A stretch of DNA of 64,000 nt from Tubulanus polymorphus (lineage: Eukaryota; Animalia; Nemertea): the NCBI RefSeq assembly GCF_964204645.1, contig NC_134025.1, positions 18,079,101 to 18,143,100 on the forward strand, written 5' to 3'. Shown in pieces: positions 37,117 through 49,227 of the stretch (position 1 is the first letter of the stretch; every line of letters begins with the position of its first letter). The notes beneath the pieces are model-generated. The model had not been told where the DNA came from. It ran no database searches and saw nothing but the letters and a program-made list of their open reading frames with translations. Position numbers and translations under genes: made by a program.

Positions 37117-37170
37117 TCTATTAGATATTTAAATCTTTTAACTCAATTCAATAATTATAATGTAGAATTG

Positions 37171-37818
37171 TTACTCTTTACACCAGTTTTTATGTTTAAT
37201 TGTTTCATAATGCTTTGATTCATGTGATTTTAAATATTTACCTCCGCAATAACAATGCACTTTTTCATTAGGATTGAATTTTCTAAATTCATCATCTAAA
37301 TTACATTGAACTGCAATATTTGATGAATTTTCATTATAGATAATTTGTTTATTATCAAAATTGAAATAATATAATTGTCTTTTTTCAATTCTTAAGTTAA
37401 TCAAATCATTGTAATCTTTTGAAAGTATTATATCATCATTTCTTTCATTGAAAGGAGTTTTAAGAATATTAATTATGTTTTCATCTAAAGTTCCTTTAAA
37501 ATTTAAAACTGTATTGAATATTTTAGGATTTTTAACGCCATTATCAAAAGTATCTACTAGTTCAGTAAGTAAATATGTTTCATTTGATAATATTTGATTA
37601 ATCATAGTAATATTATCGATTTTATAATACCTTGCAGACACTAAATTTGTAGCTGAAATATAATTTTTAATGTAAAACTGTGAAAATGATTTATTGGTTT
37701 CATTGATTTCGATTTTAAAGTTGGGTTCTTCTTCTTTCTTCATTTTTATAACAAATTTTTTATTAAAATGAATCCAACGCATATAAATATTCAATGATTT
37801 ATGAATTATTTCACTCAC
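37171..37818 (-). CDS. Viral protein with a C-terminal CxCGG..H....H zinc finger
   Basis: KVHCYCGGKYLKSHESKHYETIKH. Open 215-codon frame in very AT-rich DNA; the true start may be downstream. Confidence 0.65.
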   Translation of the reverse strand: MSEIIHKSLNIYMRWIHFNKKFVIKMKKEEEPNFKIEINETNKSFSQFYIKNYISATNLVSARYYKIDNITMINQILSNETYLLTELVDTFDNGVKNPKIFNTVLNFKGTLDENIINILKTPFNERNDDIILSKDYNDLINLRIEKRQLYYFNFDNKQIIYNENSSNIAVQCNLDDEFRKFNPNEKVHCYCGGKYLKSHESKHYETIKHKNWCKE

Positions 37819-37839
37819 ACTTTACTCACACTTTCTTCT

Positions 37840-38005
37840 AGCGAGTAGAAAATGAAAAATAAATTCGAGCGTGTGAGAATTTATTTTTCATTTTTATGAG
37901 TTTCGCGAGTAATTCAAGTAGAAATTGTTATTATTTTTATGTTTTTCATTTTTTACGAGCTCGACCGTTCGACCTTTGGCCTGAAAGCCCATTACCCCTA
38001 TTACT
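37840..38005. repeat. Partial terminal hairpin of fragment B
   Basis: Inner stem AAAATGAAAAATAAATTC / GAATTTATTTTTCATTTT is kept. Outer right arm CTCGACCGTTCGACCTTTGG..TATTACT is present, outer left arm is absent. Confidence 0.75.
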
Positions 38006-40803
38006 TACGACAAGCCTACCATGCATATGTACTAGAAACACAACTTTTTCCCTCTCGTCGGCCCTACAGTGATGTTACTATAACTGGTGCCATTATAATA
38101 TGGATAGGATTTGGTCAGGACTAGCCTAAAGTCTAATTCAGTCTATGTACTAATTCACTCCATAGGCCTATTTTTAAAACAATACAGTGAAATATTCACA
38201 CGCAGAAAGGCTAATTGATTTGAGCCATGTGATTAAGTTTGGCCAGGCCTTCTCTGACCTGCTGACATTAATAGTCAAACCAAAACGTTCATGTGGTCAC
38301 GGCTTGTATTACCAGAAATCATTGTAGGCCTGTACATTTTGCTGTTCGTAGGTTTGGTATACCGATTTCTCCATTCTTGACTGATAAGTGTACGGTACAG
38401 CTGTACGCATTATACAATTGTTCCAATGGGAATAGGGCCTATTGATTGGGCTTATTATTTCCTGCTTTAGAATACTGAAATAAGCCCAACGTTCATTCAA
38501 ATATCCAACATCGGTGAAAGTTTGATTACTGTATAGGCCTACATGTACTGTAGGTTTTCATGTTGTATGAATATTTTGCAGTTCAAATGGGTATGATGCT
38601 GATTCCAATGTAGAATGCATGCAGTTAGATGGTTAAGGACAGTCAACACCAAGATATCTCTCTTCGACCGAAGTTGCACCGTAGAAGATCTGATTCTTTC
38701 AACTCAAGGAAAGTGATTCAACACGATCGACATAACACTGGAATAGGTTTGCAGTAACTAACGGTTCATTTCATTTAGTCCTATGTACTTTTTAGCCAAT
38801 TTGGATTTGATTGTAATTGAAACTCTGGAACAAAAGACGAAAAAACAAGTTATGCTTGATTCTCATGTTCAAATTTAATTCAAATTCAAATTTATTTTAT
38901 TACATCATATTTACAAAGCATATCATTGGTTCATACAGTAATAAAAATTAGGACAGAACAAATATTATTACAGAATTTCCAAAAAGGCAATAAATTTGTA
39001 TAGCTAAATGAACATTATTTTTCTAATAACTCAGATCAAGAATGACTTTCCCGTTTATTAGGAAACACACGCAACTAGTGGAATAGGTTTGATTTACACA
39101 CATGGTGCAGGTATCAATTGTTTATCACTATAGAATTTGTAATCCATAAAAGCCAAAATCAACATCAGCTGGAAACCCAGACCAAATCAATTCATAATTT
39201 ATTGATTGAATCTACACTACTATATATGTATTTATTCAAATATTTCAATAAAAACATTAACTTCTTAAATCTATTCTAAATCATAATACGTTCTTATCTG
39301 TGAATTCACTCAATCTATCGACTCAGCAGGTGCTTAAGATGAGTTCTTAATAGGACAGATCCATTTTTAAGCATGGTGATAATACAGTATCATGATGTTT
39401 GAATGCCAAAATAAATGCCTGGTCAAATAAATTAATATTTGTTGATTGTACGTCCGCGTATGTTCGGTTTCAAAGCTGAATCATATTTGACGTTAACACA
39501 GTGTTTGCATATTAGGTTCGAATCTGTCAATGCATTTTATTTTATGTATCGGTATTTCAATTTACTACAATTCCCATCATTCTGAATGGCCTTGCAGAAA
39601 ACCCGTCATCGCTGCTTGGCAGCTATATTTTTAATTCAATTTCTTCGATTACTTTACAATCTCTAATTTTAATTGTACAAATTCGTTATTAGATTTAAAT
39701 AATTCATCTTCTAAAGTGTTAATTTTATGAACTCTAATCATTTTATTGTGCACAATTTTATCAGCTTCATTTCTTATACTAATAATTTCTCTAATTGCTT
39801 TATCAGAAAATATATTAAATCTTCTAATTCTTGATCTGTTGCATCCACTAATCCATTCGGTAAAATGTTTTCAGTTTGAACTCTTCTTGAATTAAGTTTA
39901 CTAGTTTTGGAAGTTATATTCAGTTTAGATGTTGTTTCTGTTTCTAAATTATTATTGATTGTTTCAAATAATTCATTAAATCTGTGTTTGAATACTCTTT
40001 TATTTTGATTTATTTCTGTGTCGGTAAGATTTTCTATTTCATTACTATTACTCATTCTTTTAATTCTAGATGGTTCTAAATTACTCAAAGTTGATTCTGC
40101 TAATATTGTATTTTGATTTTTATAAGACATATTAATATAATAATCATCTTTCAAATAATAATAATATTCATCTAAAAATTTTAATTCTCTTACTAAATGT
40201 CTGGCGCCTCTATCATTTATATTGTATCTGATTATTTATATTGTAAATGATAAATATATTCATTATATTCTAAATTTTGTTTTACTAAATCTGGATTTTC
40301 ATTTTTAGGATTCATTCTCGATTCAGTTCTTCTATCAAACTCGTCTGTTGATGGATCTTTAGAACCGCTATCTGCTAAATTAGAATTATATGTTGTATCA
40401 TTATCATTATCAATATAAGTATCAGCAGACAAATAATCATCATTATTAGTATTGACATAATTATTATTTCCCATGTCTTGCATTTCATAATCTTCTCCAC
40501 CTTCTACATCCATTTATATCTTATAAAAATCAAAATTTCGACTGATTGAAAATCTCGGTGTGAAATTTTCTGATTATATAATTCTTTATTAATATAATCC
40601 ATATAGTTTTGTCTTTTTTCTTTATATTCTTCTGCTGCTTTATTATATTTTTCTAATGCTAAGTTATGTCTTTTTTGTTCTGATAATGAACCATTTTTAT
40701 CAATATGCTTAAATAAATAACCACCACCTGTAAATGCTAAAGCGTTGACAATTGCCGATCCTATAATGGTTATAATTGCAGATGCCATTTATTTAGTAAA
40801 AAA

Positions 40804-41031
40804 TTACGCGTTAATAGGAGGAATATATTTTTGTTTTTCTGAATAATCAATTGTTAAATAAGATAAAGTTACTGCTAACGTTAATTTTAAAATATCATTT
40901 ATATCAAATCTATCAACATTAATATTTCCAATTTTAAAAACTTTCTTCAATAACATTGTATAACCAACAGTTCCAACTGATAGTAATGCTCCATTATATA
41001 AACCAGTTATTATCCACTTATTATCACTCAT
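40804..41031 (-). CDS. Small viral two-TM protein, intact copy
   Basis: 75-aa ORF with two hydrophobic segments. Homologues in A and D. Confidence 0.7.
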   Translation of the reverse strand: MSDNKWIITGLYNGALLSVGTVGYTMLLKKVFKIGNINVDRFDINDILKLTLAVTLSYLTIDYSEKQKYIPPINA

Positions 41032-42567
41032 TTATTTATCAAAAAATCACCTTCTTCAAAATATTTAGTTATCTTAGTCATAATTATTTCAACATTTATA
41101 ATATTATTTGTTTCATTTTTATATATTTCAGTTATAATCTTTTTAATATCATCAATGATTAAATCTTTATCTAAATCATAAAATCTCGAAGAATTTCTAA
41201 TTTTTATCGGTAAATTTTTCTACATTAAAAGTTTCTTTATGTATTGTTGTTTCATAATCAAAAGATGTTTCATGAAAAAAATGCAATATCTTTAATATGT
41301 GTTATTACATCATTAATATCAAATTTCATTTCTTTCTAACGTTTAAAATCAAATCCAAAACATATACTCGGTCCTATCTTATAACTAATTCGTAAATAAC
41401 AGGGAAATTATTTAAATCAATTAAGTAATTATAATGATTTTTTATTTCTAAATTAAAATTATAAAATTGTGGAATACAAGGTTTGAAATCACATTCAGCT
41501 AAATTATAATTTATTTGTGTACCGAATTGTTTAACATTTTTAATGGTAAAATATTCGATAAACTAGAATTACAAATTGTATCTTTATTTGCTTCAAATAT
41601 TTTTGTAGGATCAATTAAATTGCAATAAATATAAAAGTGTGTAAAAGGTATTATATTTGATCTACCTATCTATCTATGTTTCCTGTAACAATATCTGGTT
41701 TAATTCCTAACAATTTAGCTATTGGTTTTTTTATAATAAAAGAATGTTCATTTTCATCATCTTACTTTATTTTTATTCTATTAGTGCTATCACTTTTCAT
41801 AAATCTAATTAAAAATTTATCATCACTTCTAAATTTCAACCGTGCTTTTCTATTAATTTCTTGCTCGTATGTTTCTCAATTATATAATCCTGGTCTTAGA
41901 TATAAAGTAAACCATTGGTTTTTATTTCTAATAAAAATCAAAAAAGGACTTTCTTCAATAGTTTTATTTGAAATATTACAAAAAGAATTACATTAACTAA
42001 TATTTACTAATTTTAAATCAACGCAATTTTTAAATTCTCTATCTAATTGTACTAGTAAATTATGAGATTTATAATTTGTAAGTTTTCTAGAATCATCAAT
42101 TATTCTATATTCTTTTAATTCTACCATTTATTTTACATATTTTTTCATTCGAAATCTATATCATGACATCCTTTTTCATTCGTACCTTTGTATATGAAAT
42201 AGAAATCACTAGAATATAATTCTTCAATATCTTCACTAGATAATCTATGAAATCTATCTGGTAAATATGTTCTGAATTTATATTTATTTCCTTTTAATCC
42301 TTCATATTCTAAGTGAATAACTAATTTATTACCATATCTATCTATTAGTAATTGTTTAAATGTGAGTAATTAAATATTTCTCATATAATGTTGATTCTGT
42401 TAACTTTTTGAATTTGTGATCTACAGATTTGACATTTGTAGTATCTTTGATTCTATTTAAGAATTCACTATGTATTTGTTTACATTTATTATACATATTT
42501 CTATTAAAATTGATTTCATTAATATAATCTTCATTTATATAATGTTCATAAATATGAATATTATTAG

Positions 42568-42718
42568 AGTAATAGGATAAGTCTTGTTTCAGATTAAAGG
42601 TCGAAAGGTTGAGTGAGTAGAAAATAAAAATAAATTCGAGCGTGTGAGAAATTATTTTTCATTTTTTATGAGCTCGACCTTTCGCCCTCTGGTATGAAAC
42701 AAGACTTATCCTATTACT
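42568..42718. repeat. Terminal hairpin of virus copy C
   Basis: 151 nt. Outer 24 nt perfectly complementary (AGTAATAGGATAAGTCTTGTTTCA / TGAAACAAGACTTATCCTATTACT). Loop GAGCGTGTGA. Confidence 0.92.
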
Positions 42719-43406
42719 TTTCAGTTTGGGTAGCTGCGCGGTCTTCTGAATGTCGGTATCCTGGATCTGCTCAGGCTTGGTGTTCTGATGATTATGATTG
42801 TCGAGGAATTTTTTTATTTTCAAGAGCCTGGCTGCGTCTTTCATTCGAATCTTTAATTTCTTTTTCGAATTCATCGTCGTCTTTTCGCACATTTCTTGGA
42901 TTCTTACTGCTAGTTTTTCTCTCGATTCGTGGACCAGTCGCATGTCGTCTAATAGTTATTCAATTTCGGTTGCATCGTCTTCAGCGATATTGACTGCTTG
43001 CATGAGTATTAAAATTCGCTCGTGGTTTGTATCAAATGTATCGTTGTCTGTTTGTCGTCGCTTTCGGAGCTGGTCCAGCGTTTCTTTTTCTTTCGGCATT
43101 TTGATCGTCTAGAGGTGTTCGATTTGATAATACCCTGGTCACGGCACCATTTCGTTACGAGGGTACCGGTTACGAGGGTAACGGTGGAGTATAGAAAAGA
43201 ACAACGTGGCTGCTTGTTTTAGATATCATAGCAAGAGTGTCGTTTATTTTACGTAATGGTTATAAATAGTATAGTACGCATGCGGGGGCTGGCAAGGATG
43301 AAGAGAAACAGCAGATGTAAACAGCTATATGTATGAATAGAATTAGTAACGCTTGACTTCAATATAATCATGTAAGTTGGCGAGAATTAGGACGCAGTTT
43401 CCGACA
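42719..43406 (-). mobile_element. BEL/Pao-like LTR retrotransposon 5' fragment (LTR, PBS, gag start)
   Basis: Minus strand: LTR begins TGTCGG at 43406. PBS TGGTGCCGTGACCAGG (43134-43149) is complementary to the tRNA-His 3' end. ATG at 43099 opens a charged coiled-coil ORF with a stop. Confidence 0.7.
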
Positions 43407-43644
43407 CCTAATCAGTGTGTATTAACTGCGCCATGGATGTCATTTTTTGTTTCTTATTCAAGTGGATTAAATATTTATTCTTATTCTCAGTGAATAATTA
43501 GCTATATTCACATTTTTCTTCATTACTACATTATGGATTGAATTAATCATGTTTAATCACCTAATGATAACTACATTGTATAACAATTGCTTATATATTC
43601 AATTATTATAATTCTTTTCACAATTATATCAATACTTTATGATT

Positions 43645-43695
43645 ATTAGGGTTTCTGCTGCCTTAGCAGAAACCATATTGTATTCCTGCTGATTA

Positions 43696-43734
<39 letters not shown>

Positions 43735-46700
43735 GGGTTTCTGCTGCCTTCGCAGAAACCCTATTGTATTCCTGCTGATTATTATTAGGGTTTCTGCTGC
43801 TTTCGCTGAAACCCTTTTGTAATTCTGTTGATTATTATTAGGGTTTCTGCTGCTTTCGCAGAAACCCTATTGTAATTCTGTTGATTATTATTATTATTAT
43901 TATATTCTTTTTCACACTGGATCGTACCGTAAGGATATAAACAACTGCAATTTACTTTCACTGTCGGTGAAACCATTCTGTATCACAAGTACTACGCTGC
44001 ATTGACAAATAGTGTGTATAATATTAATTAGAACTCAACTGTTTACTCACTGTGAGCCTCTAAACATCGGAATTTAAGCCCGATTCAAACAGTTTCCATC
44101 TACGTATGTGTATTGCATGCGTGTCATTCCCATAGCGCGTCAGTACGTGTGTTTGTGTCAGTGTCCCTATGAGTATTGATAGGGTTGGTGTACTAGATCT
44201 GTAGTTTTTTAGTATTTTTATCTCTTCTTATATATATGTGGCGCACTGAATGGGGTCAGTCTCGAGTGAACGGAACTGAGGAATTTTCATAGCCTTGTTT
44301 GTGCCGCATATACAAGCAACAGCATTCTTGCAGTAACATCCCTGGATAGAGCTAATGAATGCTGCCATCTATATGCGAGAGCCTGGATGACTATATTCTG
44401 CTAGCATTACAATATTCCTTGACGGATTTACTTGAAACTTTCGTGAGATGTACGGAACACAGGTACCTTGAGGTAAGTCCAAGGGATCTTTGATTGAGGA
44501 CCCCGTTCACCCACCAGGGGGTGTTTTACATTTGAAAATTCTGACATCGAAAAGTTACTGTGTGAGAAAATATTTTGTGTTTGACTTTTCAGCTTTGGGC
44601 GAGCACGAAAGTTGTTAATAACAGTCCGGAGGTTAAAAAAGTCAGTGGCACGCCCTATCTGCGATTAACGGTTTGGGCTCTACGGGCTCGAAAATGGGCA
44701 CCCAAATTTTTTAATGAGATTTTTGCTCCTAGCTCCTTAACCGTTGGAGATAGAATCGTGGTTGCAGCGAGCGACCAGTAGCCCTTGTGAAGACGCTTGT
44801 AGTGATGTATGGTATAACTATGTTACTCATATGGTTCTCCAGTAGCGCCACCTATAAGACGCTGAAATATGCATTTTCATCTATTTCGAGAAAGGGTATC
44901 AATGGATTTCTATAAAAATTGATACACATGTACCTGGCTACTAAACGAAACAAACCCCTCATATGATTAGTTCCCATTTTAACCACTAGGGGGGCGTAAA
45001 TTTTGAAAAATCGATTTCAGCATCCATTTTTCGCATTTAATGCGGTTTGTTTATTATGAAAATCACAAAACTTGGTATAAGTACAAAGACATGTGTGTAA
45101 TATACCATCCTGTATGAATAGTTCATACAACTGCCACCGGGGGACTGTGAAAACAACGATTTTTGCTCCTAGGTCCTTAACCGTTGGCGATAGAATCGAG
45201 GTTGCAATGTGTGGTTAGTAGCCCTTTTCAATATACTTTGATGTATGGTTTAAGTAGGTAACTTTTATGGTTCTCCAGGAGCGCCACCTACATTTTGCTG
45301 GAAATACATTTTTATTCATATCTACTAAGCGGACAAAGGGATTTCTATGAAAATTGATACAAGTATACCTGGATATGAGATACAACGAACCCTTCACATA
45401 ATAAGTTCCTATTCTTACCACCAGGGCGCGTACATTTCGAAAACCCATTCTAACATCCGTTTCCTTACGTGTAATTCAGTCATTTTATGAGAGACATAAA
45501 CAAAAACCTGGTATGAGTACATATACATAAGTATAGTACGCAAACCACCAAAATTAGTTGATACAACTGCCACTAGGGAATGGTAAGAATACTGTATCTT
45601 CGTTATTCTCGATTTCCCCTAAACTTGGTACATAAGCACTTTGCGCCTTGTGGGTCAACATCCATGTCATAAGCTGACCCCTAGGTGGCGCTACTTTAAA
45701 AAGGGGAACGTTTTGAACTGCTTTCGGTGAAATGTTTGCACGCACTCTTGTACGACATTGTATCTAGCAAGGCAGAAACCCGTAATCGCTGCTTTGCAGC
45801 TATATTTATTATTATCAACTGTTTACTCAATGTGAGCCTCTAAACATCGAAATTTAAGCCCGATTCAAACAGTATCCATCTACGTTTGTGAATTGCCTGT
45901 GTGTCATTCCCATAGCGCGTCAGTACGTGTGTTTGTGTCAGTGTCCCTATAAGCATTGATAGAGCTGGTGTACTAGATCTTTATTTTTTTAGTATTTTTT
46001 ATCTCTGCTACTATATACGGGGCGCACTGAATGAGGTCAGTCTCGAGTGAACGGAACTGAGGAATTTTCGTAGCCGCATATACAAGCAATAGCATCCTTG
46101 CAGTAACTTCCTCGGATAGAGCTAATGAATGCAGCTATCTATACGCGAGAGCCTGGATGACTATATTCTGCTAGCATTACAATATTCCTTGACGGATTTA
46201 CTTGAAACTTTTATGAGATGTACAAAACACAGGTACCTTGAGGCAAGTCAAAGGGATCTTTGATTGAGGACCCCGTTCACCCTCCAGGGGTGTTTTACAT
46301 TTGAAAATTCTGACATCGAAAAGTAACTGTGTGAGAAAATTTTTTGTGTTTGACTTTTCAGCTTTGGGCGAGCACGAAAGTTGTTAATAACAGCCCGGAG
46401 GTTAAAAAAGTCAATGGCACGCCCTATCTGCGATTTACCGTTTGGGCTCTTTGGGCTCGAAAATGGGCACCCAAATTTTTTAATGAGATTTTTGCTCCTA
46501 GCTCCTTAACCGTTGGAGATAGAATTGTGGTTGCAACGATTGACCAGTAGCCCTTGCGAAGACGCTTGTATTGATGTATGGTATAACTATGTAACTCATA
46601 TGGTTCTCCAGTAGCGCCACCTATAAGACGTTGGAATACACATTTTCATCTATATCGACTAAGGGTATCAATGGATTTCTATAAAAATTGATACACATGT

Positions 46701-47412
46701 ACCTGGTTACTAAACGAAACGAACCCTTCATATGATTAGTTCCCATTTTAATCACTAGGGGGCGTAAATTTTGAAAAATCGATTTCAGCATCCATTTTTC
46801 GCTTTTAATGCGGTCTGTTTATTATGAAAATCACAAAACTTGGTATAAATACAAAGACATGTGTGTAATATGCCAACCTGCATGATTAGTTCATACAACT
46901 GCCACCAGGGGACTGTGAAAACAACGATTTTTGCTCCTAGGTCCTTAACCGTTGGTGATAGAATCGAGGTTGCAATGTGTGGTTAGTAGCCCTTTACAAG
47001 ACACTTGTATCGGTGTATAGTTTAAGTAGGTTACTCATGGTGCTCCAGGAGCGCCTCCTACAAATTGTTGAAAATGCATTTTCATTGATATCTACTTATC
47101 AGATGGAGGGATTTCTATGAAAATTGATACACATGTATTTTGTTACGAGGGAATGGTAGAACACTGTATCACCTATTTTCTTGAAGTTATTTTCCCTAAA
47201 CTTGGTACATCATTACTTTGCACTTACGAGCCATGGGTCAACATATCCATGATATGGGCTGACCCATGATACAGGCTGACCCCTAGGTGGCGCTTCTTCT
47301 CAGATAGTGGTACGTAATGAACTGATTTCAGTGAAATCTTTTGCAACCTTCCTAGTACGGTATTTAACCCAGCAAGGCAGAAACCCGTTATCGCTGCTTT
47401 GCAGCTATATTT
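43645..47412 (+). mobile_element. Nested HINEs (family Ib): four stacked heads, two bodies with tails
   Basis: Heads AGGGTTTCTGCTGC..GAAACC at ~43648, 43734, 43787 and 43840. Near-duplicate bodies 44035-45806 and 45815-47412 each end GCAGAAACCCGT.ATCGCTGCTTTGCAGCTATATTT. Confidence 0.8.
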
Positions 47413-47640
47413 ATTATTGAATTTTGATTATTTCATTTTAAATATATCTTAGTCTGATCACCTAACCATAACTATGTTATAACTCTATTATGGTCATAAA
47501 TATATTAAGGGTTCATTGAATCAAGTCCAATCACCTGATATTTTGTCAGTATGTGTACGGTAATCTTCAAATGGGGATGTACATTTCAATATAATCAGTA
47601 GGCTATAAGTATTAACTAAATCTATTTTATCATGATTATA

Positions 47641-48752
47641 TTTAGGGTTTCTGCTGCTTTCGCAGAAACCCCCTTGTAATTCTGTTGATTATTATTATTA
47701 TTATAAATTTTCTACTTTCCAGCCAAAAATTGTTCATAAAATGTAACTCCCCTCAGATTCGACTACAAACAGCCTATAAGCGTAATTTTCAATTCTGTCA
47801 GAAATATAACTCAGCGCCTGACCATTACGAATTTGCGTACAGTAATTCATTATGAATTAATCTCGCATAATTATCGGGTCTAAACAGCGACAAGAATGAC
47901 GCAAAGAATCGTCAAGAAAAGCCTAAAATCTCCCGGACGACCTTGAGCGTTAACTCAACCGGAAATCACGGATTCGGGCTCACATTAGTCCGGACATGTC
48001 AATTCACGCTATCTGATTCATATATGAGTGATTCAAAAAGCCGTCATTTTGTTTTCGCAAATCACGTAATCGGACTGCTATAAGTCCCGATCCGTCATTT
48101 CCGGTTTCTGTTTCATCTATCTATCTATCGCCGCAATTTTATACCATCTTCCGTTTGGCAGATGAACTCAACATTACCTAAATCGCTTCAAAGACGTCGA
48201 CGCAGGTGATGCCAAATCGTGTTCGAATCCCGACAATGCAAAAATTTTGTTACCTTATAATTCCTTCTTTGTGATTAAAGTAAATTAATTTTCATTGAGT
48301 ATACATTGTTAAGGTGGTTTTCAAAGTTGTAGTTCAAACATATGTACAATATGTAAACTTTCACTGATAAATGAAAACAAAAAGAACTTTTTTAAAAAAT
48401 CGTTGTTTATTTCTGAATGCAAATTCCTCACTTAACAAATTGATGCATACAAGAAGATCAACCTACCGGTAGTATTAACGACATTATGGATCAAAACGCG
48501 CAAGGAGAGCATCTGGGACTAGTTCATGCAACTGCCACCAGGGGACTTTAGAAGAACTATATATTCGATTAAAACAATTTGGTACATCGATAATTTTTAC
48601 GTGGTAGCCCTCGTATGTAGCTGGATCCACATATCCAGCATATTGTTGACCCAGGTTGCGCCTCTTGGAAAAAAATCATATGTTATGAACTGTAGAATTA
48701 TTTCGATGACGCTTCCCAGTGCGATATATGAACCAGTTAGGCAGAAACCGAA
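47641..48752 (+). mobile_element. Further HINE head and body, tail degenerate
   Basis: TAGGGTTTCTGCTGCTTTCGCAGAAACCC..(ATT)n at 47643. GGCAGAAACCG at ~48740. Confidence 0.55.
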
Positions 48753-49227
48753 CTAAACTCTCGAATTTCTTGTTTTTGCTATAGGATATAGAAGATTTTG
48801 GAATAGTGGTCTGAGTTCAGAAAGAAAACAAACGACCGACAAGTATCAGGTGATTACGATAGCCTACAACGGAACACACGGTTGACAAATAGTGTTAGGC
48901 CTGTGCCGGTTGGTGCGTATTGGGACTAAAATATACTGGTAGGTCAGTTGGCTCGGTTTTGAAGTGCGGAAGCTAAGAAAGCCTACCGGTATTTATTTGT
49001 CTATAGGCTATTATATAGTAGCCAATACCATTTTAAGTACGAAGTTGTTACCGGTATCCGTACGTGACAGTACGATGATCTCCACAGGTTAACTGTACGT
49101 GAGGTCCCTACAAACGCCGGACGTGAGTTCCTATAATCTATAACCTATATTTTCGTACCCACATACGGCTAACCTATGGAATTTACCGTACAGTCACGTA
49201 GGGATAACGACGGCGTTTTATGTAAAT

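Larger units (their letters stand above)
34680..38005 (-). mobile_element. Polinton-like virus fragment B (terminus with a different gene set)
   Basis: Abrupt shift to very high AT. Ends ...CCCCTATTACT and shares the hairpin core AAAAATAAATTCGAGCGTGTGAGAATTTATTTTT. T-run/TAAATG start at 35736. Confidence 0.75.
20736..39629 (+). mobile_element. ~19-kb nest of family I Helentron-type non-autonomous elements
   Basis: Seven heads AGGGTTTTCTG..AAACCC..(ATT)n at ~20737, 20788, 20841, 21700 (partial), 21749, 21800 and 33573. Five tails AAAACCCGT(T/C)A(T/C)CGCTGCTT(T/G)GCAGCTATATTT at ~24780, 27572, 30945, 33572 and 39629. Confidence 0.8.
39630..42718 (-). mobile_element. Polinton-like virus copy C, right part with terminal hairpin
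   Basis: Collinear with copy A: large coiled-coil gene 5' part (to 40513), truncated MASA gene (40504-40788), MSDNK gene, penton-like gene (~41340-42127), small gene (42140-42486). Confidence 0.85.
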
